Positions 23,121 through 35,876 of a stretch of 64,000 bases of DNA are shown here, one piece after another. The stretch's first letter is position 1, and each line of letters starts with the position of its first letter. The translations under genes and the position numbers were made by a program. The notes beneath the pieces are model-generated. The model was not told the origin of the DNA. It searched no databases and saw only the letters and a program-made list of their open reading frames with translations. Source of the DNA: Camelus ferus (lineage: Eukaryota); contig NC_045707.1 in the NCBI RefSeq assembly GCF_009834535.1, positions 46,130,001-46,194,000 on the forward strand, given 5' to 3'.

Positions 23121-25339
23121 ATTCTCATCCTCTTCCACCCCCACCCCATCCCGCCGTGAGCTTCTGAAACTCATTTCTTGGAATTAAAATTAGATGCTGC
23201 TGTCGATTTGGTTTAATAGTTTCCTTAAAGAGGGCTTAGTCTGGTTTTTCACTTCCTTCATTCATTCATTCGTTTATTCATTCATACATCTAACTTTCAC
23301 TGGGTCGCTAGCACATCCCAAGCAGTGGCATTGTTGCTGGAGGTATAACATTAACTCAGACTCAGTCACAGACTAGTCAAGACATTTTCTGGTTAGGGCT
23401 GCTGTCCGTAGTCCAGTGTAACCTGACCACATGCTAACTGACCACATGTAAGGTGAACAGGGCCAAATCCTGTCCGTGGCTGCCCAGACTGATCTGCGTA
23501 AAGAAATCTCTGGACAGATGGGGCATCGGCACCTGTTGTGAATTTGCACCTTGTCCTATGGGGTGAGTGAGAGACAGGGAAGGCTTAGAGTGAAGCCACA
23601 GTGAGGCATTTCCCCAGACACCAAGCACAGCGTGCAGTCCTCTTGGCCTTGCATCCCAGTCTGCGCAGACACAAGACGCACGTGGGTTTGAACTGGAACT
23701 GCCGGTGTGGTTTTTTTAAATCCCTCAGAATAAAAAGAACATTTTCCTCTCAGCTCACCAAACAACAGTCATGAATAATAGACTGTAGTCCATTTAGAAT
23801 ACATTTAAATTGTGTGTTCTGCAAAATTTCACACTTTTTTTTTTTAATTTAAACTGAACACACACACACAGTTCTCCAGGCAGCTGTGGGGGGAGACAAA
23901 GGGTGCTCAGCTCAATAAGTATTTAATAAGCCATTTACCAAGATTGGTGCGTGAAAGATCAAAACACAGTCAGCTCCAACCATAAAATCAAAACAACAAC
24001 AGCAACACCACCACCTCTGGGTCTTTTAAATGCCACCCCTCCTCTTTGGGTGCTTTTAGTCCGAGTGCTGACAGTGCAGTGCAAGAAACGCTGAAAGCAT
24101 CTGTCTAATTCCCTGGGGAGGGTGGGCAGATGACAAGTCTAAAGCCTGGAAAGGCACAAAGTGAAAACTCTGCGTGTTCATTAGGGAGAGTATTAAAATC
24201 AGTCCTGTGTTCTCTGATAGCAAACACATGCCACCTTCCCCATTCAGCTGCTGCCGTCCCATACATTAAGACGCATACACACGCGTCAGTCTCAGAAGGC
24301 TAACCAGAAAAATATGCGATTTGGGGCAGTGAGGGGCGTGGATTTTACTGGAAAAAAGGAAAAAGAGAATGAGTTTCTATTTCCGCAGGTTGGGATGAGA
24401 CCTGTTTTTAAATCATTTAACTGAATCAGTGCAGCAGAGCTTCATTTGTAGGTGAGTTACAGCTTAATGGAAACAACGCATCATCACACTTGCATTGCAC
24501 ATTTTAAAGTAGTAAAGTGATGGCAAACTCCAGTGTCAGTCCCCAAGCTCCCTCCAGCAGCAGCTGTCACCGTGTGGGTGGACTTGGCTGTGAGTGTCTC
24601 AGTGACCTGATGTGTTCCTGTGTTTGTGTGTCTGTCCATGAGTGCACGGTGGCCTCTGAAGAACATCCTGGACTCATGCCGGTGACCATAAGTTCACTAA
24701 GAGAGTCAGAGCTTCAGTCAATGTGTAGATTGCCTACACTTTTTATTTAAATTGTGCTTGAAGCTTTAAATTTTCCAGCCATACATGTATTAGAGGGGAA
24801 GGTCTTCAGAAATTAAAGTGATATTTTGAAGGAGTGCTCAGTAATTCTGAACAGTCAATAGGACAGGCCAGAGGCCAATGAGGATTCAGGCCACGTGAAA
24901 GAAAGAAATCACAGATAGGCTTGCTCTGATAGCTGGGCAGCTGGGAACCTTTCCTGCCCTGCAGGATGCTGACAGCAAGACTGATGTTCCCAGGGCCTGA
25001 TCTTTGTACACTTCTGCTCCTGGGGAGAATAATTCTCATTCCTGCTCGTGCAGCTCCACCCTCACTGATTACATTCCATTCGTAGAGTGATTTTTTTTCA
25101 AGAATTTTTGAATGTCTGTGATATGCTCAGCTGCTAGTCTAATTAGAAAGGAGGGGGCTGCTGATCATTCAGCCTCGAGAGCTTTTGCCTGTAACTTGCA
25201 CCCTCAGCTTCTCCAGGCCAGCAGTTCTAAAAGGAGGAGGAGGGAAGAGTTCCTGAAATGCCAAGGCATTAAATGTGTAACTGATGCATATGATAATTAC
25301 AAAATTTAAAGGATATAAAGTAGATCTCTTTCGCAGTCC

Positions 25340-26190
25340 TGTAACATCCCCAGAAACAACTACCACTAAGTTTGTCTACTGCTACAAACATATGTAAACA
25401 GGTATGCATATTGGACATATTGTACATATATGTATATGCACACATAATGTACATACATATATTTAATTATTTATCCTCTTTATTTACATGGATGGTAGCA
25501 TATTTTGGAATAATCTGTATTCCACACGTTATTTTTTCACTTGTCCTGGGACTCGTTCCGGGATAGCACATGTAGAGCTGCCGTATTCTTTTTTAATAGC
25601 TACAGAATGTTTGTTCCATTGTTCAGATGGACCATCTAAACTACTTACTTAGCCAATCCTTTTTTGTTGGACATTTTGGCTGTATAGTCTTTTGCTATCC
25701 CAACAATATGTAATTGAATAACCTTGAATATATAGCTTTGGGCACATGTACTGATTTATCTGTAGAATCAGTTTGCAGAAGTAGAATTACTAGGCCAAAT
25801 GGTATGTCCTTTTTACTTAGTTTTGTTCTGTGTATTGGATGTTTGTATTCTTTTGTTGTTTCAGGAATACAACAAAATGATTTGATATTTGTATATATTA
25901 TGAAATGATCACTGCAGTAAGTCTAGTTACTATCTGTCACCATATATAGTTACAGAATTCTTTTTCTTGTATTGAGAACTCTTAAGATCTACTCTCTTAG
26001 CAACTTTCAAATGTGCAAATGCAGTATTATTAACTGTGGTTTCCGTGCTGTACATTATATCCCATGACATTTATTTTATAGGGTATATCCTTTCTAATAT
26101 TAATAGAAATTGCCAAATTGCCCTCATTTACAGGATTTATTCATTTACACCTCCCCAGCAATGCACAAGAGTGCACACTCCTGATTGCCT
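25340..26190 (-). mobile_element. Old L1ME fragment with a nested younger L1 3' end (25813-26081)
   Basis: Host GAAGTAGAATTACTAGGCCAAATGGTATG...TTTACACCTCCCCAGCAATG; insert CTTAAGATCTACTCTCTTAGCAACTTTCAAAT flanked by GGTAT(G/A)TCCTTT at 25801-25812 and 26082-26093. Confidence 0.8.
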
Positions 26191-26959
26191 TTCCCCGGTC
26201 TCCTTCCCCACCTAGACCACATCAGTCTGTCTGTTGTAGGGGAGAAAGTTTGGGGCTGTATATAAGCATGAGTATTTGTAAAACTCACCCCATGGGTGTT
26301 AGCAGTCTTGCAGCTAGTTACAGATCATAGAAAACCTACCTCAAACCAAAACTTTTTTTTCCAAAGTGGGGAAATTAACACATTTATAACAAAAGTCCAG
26401 AGTGACCATGTGGATCAGACATAATTGGATCCAAGAAGGGCTGCCATGTTGCACAACTCCAGAGGGCACATTCAGAAAACAGTGTGAGGGTGCCCCTGGA
26501 ACTGGTGGCCTTGTGCCCAGGGGTACAGTTGAAGTCACAAGGACTTGGTCTCTTTCCACTTCTCAGCCCTGTTTTCTTGGGATTTGCTTCATTGTCAGGG
26601 CTAGGCCTGGTAGCTTTAGGTTTCTATTTTATCAACTTTATAACCTCAGAATCAGTAGCTTCCAGTTCTCTGTAGGTCTCACAAAAGTCCCACAGGTGAG
26701 CCTCACTGACCTGGCTTGGTCAGGTGCTCATCCCTGACAAGTGATCACTTCTGGGAACATCTTTGATTTGCTTGTCCATCATTCATTCCCTGTTCTTATG
26801 ATAGCGCCTTGATTGATTTTCTTCCTCAACAATCAGTTCACACCACTGGGGGCCCTGCCTTCCTCCAGGGGTGAGCGTGGTACCCAGGTACCCATCCTAC
26901 CAATGGCCAAAGCAGTTCTGATTCTCACACACCACCACTGACCTATCTGTAGGCTAAAT

Positions 26960-27155
26960 GAATGCTTCTCAAACTCAGGAGAGTTACAGCTGAAGAAGAG
27001 GGGATACCAATGTGCATACCAACCACCTGGGGATCTTCTAATAAAGCAAATTCTAATTCATTAGATCTGAGATGGGGCCCGAGAATCTGCCTTTCTGACA
27101 GGCTTTACGATGAGGCTGGTGCTATGTGTTCAAGGACCACATTTTGAAGCAAGTG
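26960..27155. mobile_element. MER5A-like hAT-Charlie element
   Basis: CACCTGGGGATCTT...ATCTGAGATGGGGCCCGAGAATCTGCCTTTCTGACAGGCT...GGACCACATTTTGA. Confidence 0.8.
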
Positions 27156-29986
27156 GACATACTGTGGATTAGTGACCTCTCCAAGTTCCTTGTGGTCCAA
27201 CAAGTGTGAAATTTCCTAGCATACATAGAAGGATAGGAAATACAAAATCTCCACACGCAGTCAATTCCAGGGTATCTTTACTTCACAAAGCAAAGAGAAA
27301 TCATTTTTATGTTCACATTTATCAAAAAACATAAGTATTAAAACAGTCATTCATTTAAAAAATAAAATTATATTGCCTTTCTTGATGGGGAAGGGAGAGG
27401 AAGCCTTTGCTGACTGTTCCTAAAGAATTGTCTTTGTGACCAGGGTTGGCAAGAAGATAACTCTTCCCTCTGGGGACTGTGAGTTCTGTTGTCTTAGTGA
27501 AAAAACTGCTGCTGTTACCACCATCAGGCCAGTGACTTACCAGTGCTTTGCCGGAGGAACCAATATGCCCTTGACAGACATTAAATTTTATATATGTGGT
27601 TATCGCATCATAGGCGGGTGGCCTGGTAGCAAATTCTGGGGACAATATACCAGTTTCTTGGGAGTAACAAAATCAGACTCTCTTGTGACCAACTGCTCTT
27701 TAGATTTTTTCTCATCGTCTGTCAGAACCAGTCCCTCAGTCCAAGACTAACTTGAATAGCGCTGAAGATGTTCTTTGCTCTCCCTAATTCAGATTAGGTA
27801 TTGACTGATTCCTCCTCCTCCCCCACACCACTTATTGAATCAGAAAAATGATTTCTTTTGCAAAGCAATTTCATGCCTTGTTATCCCCAAGATGTCTCTA
27901 AAATACAGAGTTAGATGGTGTTGCCAGAAAGTCTCTATTCATTCCAGAGATTGAAAGGGGACATTTTGAAAAGGGGATCAGCAAGCCTGTGACACTGTCC
28001 ACTCGGTATCCTCATGCCTTGAACCTCTGTGATGGCATTTGCTTTTAAACCATGCCTTCTGCAAGGAAAATTGTGGCCTCAAACACTCGTGTCATTATGT
28101 AAATAGCGGTTAGTGAATCGATTGTACAAAATGTACTGCAGCTGAGAATTTGGCTTTTTTTTATGAGAAAGTAACAAAAAGACAGCTGGACTTTCCTTCT
28201 GCCTTTTTTGTACATCCTCATGCTCTTCTATTTGACAGATATGGCTTTTTATCAGAAGGCCAGTCTAGGGACTTCTGCAGAATTCTCATCTTGCACTTCA
28301 TTTTCTTATTGCTAAACTGTTAAGTAAAGCCAGTCCCAACTGTAAGCATGGAAAACAATGTTTCAGGACTTAATTATTAAAAGGTAACATCTCCTCTGTA
28401 AATACTGATCCTGTCTACTATGTTGTCCACATTTGCCTTTCAAGATTATATAATCCATCCCCTGAATTGGAATTAACTTAAAAAGAAATGGGATATTGAG
28501 TCCCTGACCTGGTTCTCTGTATCTACAGCTGACTCACTTAGTAACAGAACTGCCCTTAGATGACGCCCAAGTCATCTGGCAAGTCACAAATCAACAAATT
28601 GCACTTTGAAGGTGGAAAAGAAGGGAGGGGGTCATTTATTGCCACAAGAGGTCATCTTCATCCATTAGCAGCATGAATAGCCAGAGACACAAGATTTGGG
28701 GATTGGCCAGCTGGTCAAATGACATTTTTCCGACAACTCTTTATTGAATACGTGCTGTGTTCCAAGGCATGAGAGTAGGTTCTGGATATATAGTGATGGA
28801 CCCACCATACTGAGCCCTGACCTCATGGAGGTAACTTAAATGAACCATTTCATTTCTCTGGGCTTTACATGAAAAACAAGGCTAATTCTTAACCTCACAG
28901 GATTGCTATGCTAAACACATTTAGAAAAGTATAAAGTGTTGAACAATTGTAGGGTTCTTCAGGTCAACACGGTTGCACAGCCGCAGCAACACCCTTAACC
29001 TTGAACTTTCCAAGGCCAGCTGCTTTGCTTATTTTCTGCTTTCATAAAGTTATCCACAAATGGCCCTCCCTTTGTCCTCTGTGTTTTTGCGACTGTTGCA
29101 TCTTCGTCTCCAGAGATGATCCCGCTTTCCTGGTTCTTGATCAATGCCAGCTTCTTCTCTGCTTTCAAAAGGAGGGGCTTCCTAACTAAAATTCCATAGG
29201 CATTTGATATGAACTCAGAAAGGAAAAAAAAAAAAAAAAGACTGTTTATAAAAGATTGAGAAAAAAATCAAAAGTAATTTTGTGTTTTATACACAATAAA
29301 AATCAGATACCTAAAATAACACCCCAGAATACAGTTATCATGAGGCATCTTTGCCATTTCCTAGAGTTAGTAGTAAACAGAGAATAATTTTAGAGTTGGG
29401 CAAGTAGCCAGCCTTGTCGTTTGTGGAGAGGAATGATGGGGGTCGTGCTCTGAGCCGAGGAGCAGGCTGGGAGGGGCTTTCTCTGGAATATGCTGGAGCA
29501 GCTGAGACTTGGAAATGCGCAGGGAACGTTTCTAAGAATGCCTTTGCTGTACATGGAAGAGGACGAGCTCAATGCTTGCATTTAAAGACCCCAGGCCTGT
29601 CACACAGTGTCCCAGGGTACAGATTTTTGGCTCTTTGTGCTAATTTTATGTGCCATTTGTTAATTGAGGGATTTCCCCGACTCCAGTTCCAACGTCCAGA
29701 ATAATGTGTTTCTCTGTCTTTTTCGGCTGTGTCCCTCTCTCTGCATCTCTGCCTCATTCCCACCCAAACCCTCCACCCCACTTACATGATTTCATCACTT
29801 CAAGAGCAGGAAAGCTCAGCAAACCTCAAATCTGGGCCCTTCAAGAAAGGTTTCAGAGGGTCCTGTTCTACATCGCGTGTAAATTGCGCAATTAACGAAT
29901 CTTCTCAAGATGAAGGGCTTCTTCTTTTCTTCATCCCCCGACAAAAATGAAGCTGGTGGGTGGGTAGTCAGCATCATGGTGTAGTG

Positions 29987-30319
29987 CTGGGTTAGCAAAT
30001 GATGTCTGTAAAGGGCCAGACTGTAAATATTTTAGGCTTTGTGGGTCATTCAGTCTCTGTCACAACTGCTCAGCTCGGCCCAGTTATGGAAATGGCATAG
30101 ACGACACATGAGCAAGTGAGTAGAACTGTGCTCCAATAATAAGCTTTTCTTTTTTTTTTGGACACTGAAATTTGAATTTCATGTAAGTTTTACATGTTAG
30201 GAAATATTCTTCTTTTGATTTTTTTTAACCGTTTAAAATATAAAAGCCATGCTTAGCTTGTAAAAACAGGTAGTGAGTAGGATGTGGCCCACATACCATC
30301 ATAGCTCACCGACCTCTGG
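29987..30319 (+). mobile_element. MER58B-like element inserted in a MIR (MIR about 29970-30440)
   Basis: CTGTAAAGGGCCAGACTGTAAATATTTTAGGCTTTGTGGG...GGACACTGAAATTTGAATTTCATGTAA; MIR core CCTCAGCTTCCTCATCTGCAAAATG follows. Confidence 0.85.
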
Positions 30320-30449
30320 TTTTGTGAAAGAAACACAGAATGAGAAGCCTTATGTTCCAATTTCATTTTTACTATGTTTTTGCCCCGACATAGTCACTTA
30401 ACTTCTACCCTCAGCTTCCTCATCTGCAAAATGAGTATGGAAAGTGGGG

Positions 30450-31013
30450 GAAGTAACTTCAGAGTGGAGAAACCTGGCACACGCTACCTCACGCCAGGTG
30501 ATCCTGGCCACCTCATCAGAGGAAGTCATGTTGAATGACGGCACGTACCCTTGATCTGTGATGGAAATGGCACTTCGACCCTGCGCATGTCCGCCAGGAA
30601 ACTCATAGCCTCTGTCAAACCTGAGAAAAACCTCTGACAAACCCAAATTGAGGGACATTCTACAAAATATCTGTCCACTATTCCTCAAAACTGTCTGGGT
30701 CATTAAAAACAAAGAAAGTCTGAGCAGCTGTCACAGACCAGAGGAGACTAAGGAGACCTGACGGCAAAATGTACTGTATCCTGGAGACAGGGGTCTTGGG
30801 ACAGGGAAAAGACATGAGGGGGAAAAGCAGTGATGTCTGAATGAAGTGTGGGGTTTAGTTAACAGGACCGATGTTGTTTCTTTAGTTGTGACCAATGTCC
30901 CATGGTAATGTGAATTGTGAACATTAGGGGATCTCAGTTAGGAGAATATAGGAACTACTGTCTTTGCAACTCTGTTGTAAATCTAAAGCTATTCTAAAAT
31001 AAAGAGTTTATTT
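30450..31013 (+). mobile_element. Old L1 3' end (L1MD/L1MC3-like)
   Basis: GTGGAGAAACCTGGCA...AAACCCAAATTGAGGGACATTCTACAAAATA...GTAAATCTAAAGCTATTCTAAAATAAA. Confidence 0.85.
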
Positions 31014-31667
31014 TTGGTGCAGCCACTGTAGAAAACAGTATGGAGATTCCTTAAAAAACTAAAAATAGACTTAACATATGATCCAGCAATCCCATTCCTG
31101 GGCATATAGCTGGAGAAATTTCCAATTCGAGAAGATACATGCACCCCAGTATTTATAGCAGCACTATTTACATTACATGGAAGCAATCTAAATGTCCATG
31201 GACAGATGAATGGATAAAGATGTGGTGTATATAAACAATGTAATACTACTCAGCCATAAAAAAGAATGAAATAATGCCATTTGCAGCAACATGAATGGAC
31301 CTAGAGATTATCATACTAAGTGAATTAAATCAGAGAAAGACAAATATAATATAACTTATGTGTGGAACCTAAAAAAATGACACAAATGAACTTATTTACA
31401 AAACAGAAACAGACTCACAGACAAGAAAACAAACTTACAGTTCCCAAAGAGGGTGGAGAGGGATAAATTGGGAGTTTGGGATTAGAAGATACAAACTAGT
31501 ATGTATAAAAAAGGTCAACAACAAGTTTACATTGGATAGCACAGGGAATTATACTCAATTAATAACCTATAATGAAAAAGAATAGATATACATGTGTAAC
31601 AGAATCACTACGCTGTACACCAGAAACTAACACATTGTAAATCAACTATACTTCAATTTTTTTAAAA
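31014..31667 (+). mobile_element. Younger L1: ORF2 C-terminus plus 3' UTR, 5'-truncated
   Basis: TTGGTGCAGCCACTGTAGAAAACAGTATGGAG...GCCATTTGCAGCAACATG...GTAAATCAACTATACTTCAAT. Confidence 0.9.
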
Positions 31668-32070
31668 GGTTATTTATGTTAAAAACATAAGAAAGAAAAA
31701 TCTCCAGGATCTGGCAGTTGATCAGGTATGGAGGGCAAGGGAGGAAGAGAAATAAAGATTATGTCATAGTCTTCAGCCTGAGTACCTGGGATGGTAACCC
31801 TGCCACTGGACAGTAATAATGAATATAAAAGGAAAATTGGGCTTAGAAAAGGAAATAATGAACTTGGAATACCAGGACACACCCATGAGTATGAGGTACC
31901 ATTTAACACTTTAAGTGATAAAATACTCAGAAAGGGATTTTGGATTTCAGATGTTTTGTTTAAAGTGATCTCCAGCCAGTATTTGACGGTTAAGTCCTAA
32001 TTTAAGAACGATTAACTGGATTAAGTAATAAAATAGTTACTGGACTTTGTATACATAGCTGGACTCCTGC

Positions 32071-32153
<83 letters not shown>
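32071..32153. repeat. Compound (TA)n(TG)n(TA)n microsatellite
   Basis: Directly visible. Confidence 0.95.
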
Positions 32154-32154
<1 letters not shown>

Positions 32155-32539
32155 GCCTTTGTGGGTATATTTATGCTGTTTTCATTAATGCAGTTGCTTG
32201 GCACTTGGAGTAGGTATAAGCATCTCTTTATTTGCAAAAGGAATTAAAGTCTTGTTGCCAAGTGGAACATTAAGTGACTCAGCAGCCAGAACAAGCCCTT
32301 TTCTTTAGCAAGAAGTACTAGTTGTGTTGACCCACACTGGAGAGAGTGTTTTGTTTATGTCAGACGAGAAATAAGAGCTTTGTCTGAGTCATTCCTTTTT
32401 CTGTCACCCTATTTATATTTTACAGCCAAAGTACACACAGGCCTCTAGAGGCCCGTGATGTCTGCTGTGCATTAACGATGTATGTGATAAAACCAGTCAG
32501 GACCCCTCCCCTGCATGGGTCCTGACCAGGCAGTTCACA

Positions 32540-33110
32540 ACAGGAGAAATTCAGATGGCAATACATGTATGAAAATATTAGACTTCACAAATCATCAAAG
32601 ATATGTCATTAAATATATGCCCATGAGAGGATAAAGAGAGTGAAGAAATCGAGGATTCAGGGCTGGCATGGGTTTGGGGAAGAGTACTGCAGATGGAATG
32701 TAAATTGATAGGATCATTGGGGAAGGCAGTTTGAAATCTGTATTCCAGGCTTTAAAATGTGTATGCTCTTGGTTTCAGTAACTTCACTTCTAGGAGACTA
32801 TATTAAGGAAATAATGGGACAGTCATGTAAAGATACATATAAAGAATGATCATATAAGCATCATTTAAAATAATGAAATGTTGTGCATAATATCCAACAA
32901 TAAATAGGCCATTGGTTAACTTAGACGATGTGCTGTAGCTATAATAATAGGAAGATTTGCATTATTAAGCTTAAAAAAAAACGTATTTCCAAATGAATTC
33001 ATAGTCCAATTTATATAAAAGTGTATGTGTACCAGTGTGCTTCTAGGAGAATGTATGTTAAATTTTAAATAGCTTTAAAATGTAGATGAAAATAAAAATG
33101 TTTTAAAATC
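32540..33110 (+). mobile_element. Very old L1ME ORF2-end fragment
   Basis: GATGGAATGTAAATTG...GGCAGTTTG...CAGTAACTTCACTTCTAGGA degenerate L1 motifs. Confidence 0.6.
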
Positions 33111-34589
33111 TAAACCAAAATCTAGACTCCTAATACTAAATTCTGAGTGGTGTAAACTGCCCTTGTCCCATAAATTACTATTATTTGTGGAGCTATAACA
33201 TGTTCCCATCCCCACCCATACTTTCCCTCTCCAAAATAATCTGGGCTCTCTTAAAAGTTCTAGCTCATTCTAAATTATTGCATAAAGATTTTTATTCACA
33301 GTGGGAAGAATCTAGTGCCATCTTAACCAAAGAGAAACCAATAAATAGTTATCATTCCTTAGTTTTAATTTATGCTACAATAGTTAAAATATCCCCAGAC
33401 AGTGCTTACTAAAAAGCACTATACTTTGGTTTGAAGTTTTAGGGAACAATTTTCCTCTTCGCTTTGATTTCATTAATTTATAGCTCGCCTCTTTGCAAAT
33501 GTGAAGTACCCAGATCACTCAATAGAACATGTGCCGAGTATGAAAATGCATTCATACTCACGAGCAAACCAGCTGTATCATTGTACTGCCTCCAGGGTAA
33601 TGATGATTTATAAACAACAGAATGTATGTCCAGAGACACGCAAGATCTCTGAGCTAGAGACTTCACCTGTGACACATAAATGAAATGATTCAAAATCCTC
33701 TTTCTTCCCAGTCAGCAGAAAACCAGTGTGGCCGTGTCACTCAGGTCAGTCAGGGCACAAAGCTTGAGAGAGCTGACTGTAACTCTCAGGGTTCTTGAGC
33801 AGATGGAGCTTCGTGTAACCACATACAGCCTGATAGAGAAATAGAAGAGAGCAAAAGGGGTGGGGAAAGGCAGAGGGTTAATAGGTCACCTGCTCTTTGC
33901 CCAGCACTGAGGTTCAGTGCTTACTGTGTACTCTCTCATTCAGTAAGCTGCAGGCATGTGTATAATATTCAGATGGTAGTTTGACTAAATATTTCTGAAT
34001 AAGTCAGTCCTTTTCCTGATGTTGCGTTCACCAGCTGCATCCCATAGACAGCCATTCCCCAGATCTGCCAGTTATGCAGTTCGTTGTTGATGATCCCAGA
34101 TTTTGCCTCCTCCCACTACGGTTCAGCATTCCATTAGTCACTGTGTAAACCATGCACCACAGCCAGGGAAGGAGATGCCTCACATTTCATAGACAGAGTT
34201 GTGAGCACAACTTTGTCTTCATTTCACTAATTTGTATCTGCCTCTTTCCAAAAAGGATTTGAAGTGCCAAAATCTTCCAAAAGTATGCGTGCTGTGAGAC
34301 ATTTCATAAGAGGGAGAACACAGAAGGGCAACATATAAAAAGGCAAGACAAGACAGGGAACAAAGGAAAGTAAAAATCCCCCTCTGTACAGAAAGGAGCA
34401 AAGAGAGTTGGGGAGAAGGATCGAGGACCATTGGTCGTGGAAGTGGAGCTCCTGAAGGGGCTTTAGTGATTGAAATTGGTGGTGCAGGTGAAGGGTGAGC
34501 ACTGGGCCTTGTGACTGGTTTGTCTCTGAGTCTTGCCCAGCATCAGGAAGGCTTTTTGTGTTTTTCTGTGCATATGTTACATACCAGTT

Positions 34590-35530
34590 TTTTAAATTGA
34601 AATAGTCAGTTACAATGTGTCAATTTCTGGTGTACAGCACAATGTCCCAGTCTTGTATATAAATACATATATTTGTTTTCATATTCTTTTTCATTAAAGG
34701 TTATTAAAAGATACTGAATATAGTTCCCTGTGCTACACAGAAGAAACTTTTGAAAAATCTATTTTTATATGTAGTGGCTAACATTTGCAAATCTCAAACT
34801 CCCAGATTTATCCCTTCCCACCTCCTTTCCAACCGGTAACCATAAGATTGTTTACTATGTCTGTGAGTCTGTTTCTGTTTTGTAGAAGAGTTTATTAGTG
34901 TCCTCTTTTTTCTTTCTTTTTTTTAGATTCCACATATAAGTGCTATCATACAGTATTTTTCTTTCTCTTTCTGGCTTACTTCACTTTGAATGACAATCTC
35001 TAGGTCCATCCATGTTGCTGCAAATGGCATTAATTTATTCTTTTTTATGGCTGAGTAGTATTCCATTGTATAAATATACCACAACTTCTTTATCCAGTCA
35101 TCTGTCAATGGACATTTAGCTTGTTTCCATGTCTTGGTTATTGTATATAGTGCTGCTATGAACATTGGGGTGCATGTATCTTTTCAAATTAGAGCTCCCT
35201 CCAGATATATGCCCAGGAGTGGGATCACTGGATCATATGGTAGGTCTATTTTTCGTTTTTTGAGGAACTTCCGTACTGTTTTTTATAATGGCTGCACCAA
35301 ACTACATTACCACCAGCAGTGTAGGAGGGTTCCCTTTTCTCCACATCCTGTCCAGCATTTATCATTGATGGACTTTTGAATGATGGCCATTCTAACTGGT
35401 GTGAGGTGATAACTTCATTGTAGTTTTGATTTACATTTCTCTAATAATTAGTGATGTTGAGCATTTTTTCATGTGCCTCTTAGCCATATGTATCTTCATT
35501 GGAGAATTGCTTGTTTAGGTCTTCTGCCCA
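34590..35530 (-). mobile_element. Young camelid-type L1, ~0.94 kb 3' portion with TSD
   Basis: ORF 34923-35165(-) [42 protein letters not shown] is the L1 ORF2 C-terminus; TSD TTACATA(C/T)CAGTTTTTTAA at 34577-34595 and 35531-35549. Confidence 0.95.
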
Positions 35531-35611
35531 TTACATATCAGTTTTTTAATAAGGTTTTAAAATTAATTAAAAAGCAGAATCTTGATTTCCCCAGGCAAAC
35601 CCTATGCAGTA

Positions 35612-35760
35612 GACATAATTATTTTTCCCCCATTTTGTGGACGAGGCTCTGAGGACATGGAAGGGTCAAGCAATTTGTCCGTGGTCATACAGCAGGTACA
35701 CAACAGAGCTGGGACTCACACCCAGGTGGCCTGTGTTCTTGACTACTAGGATTTACTTCC
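35612..35760 (-). mobile_element. MIR SINE fragment
   Basis: CCCCATTTTGTGGACGAGGCTCTGAGG...GGTCATACAGC...GAGCTGGGACTCACACCCAGG. Confidence 0.75.
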
Positions 35761-35876
35761 TCCCAGGAGAGTTGGTTCAGTCATGAGATACTCTGATTCT
35801 GTTCTTGGCTTCTCTTGGCTGCCACTTCAATATCCAAAACATGATGCTCAGAGACTCGTTTATACTATTTCTCATA

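Noticed and set aside
34923..35379. ORFs of 80 and 81 aa with protein-like sequence
   Set aside because: L1 ORF2 C-terminus and its antisense frame, not host genes.
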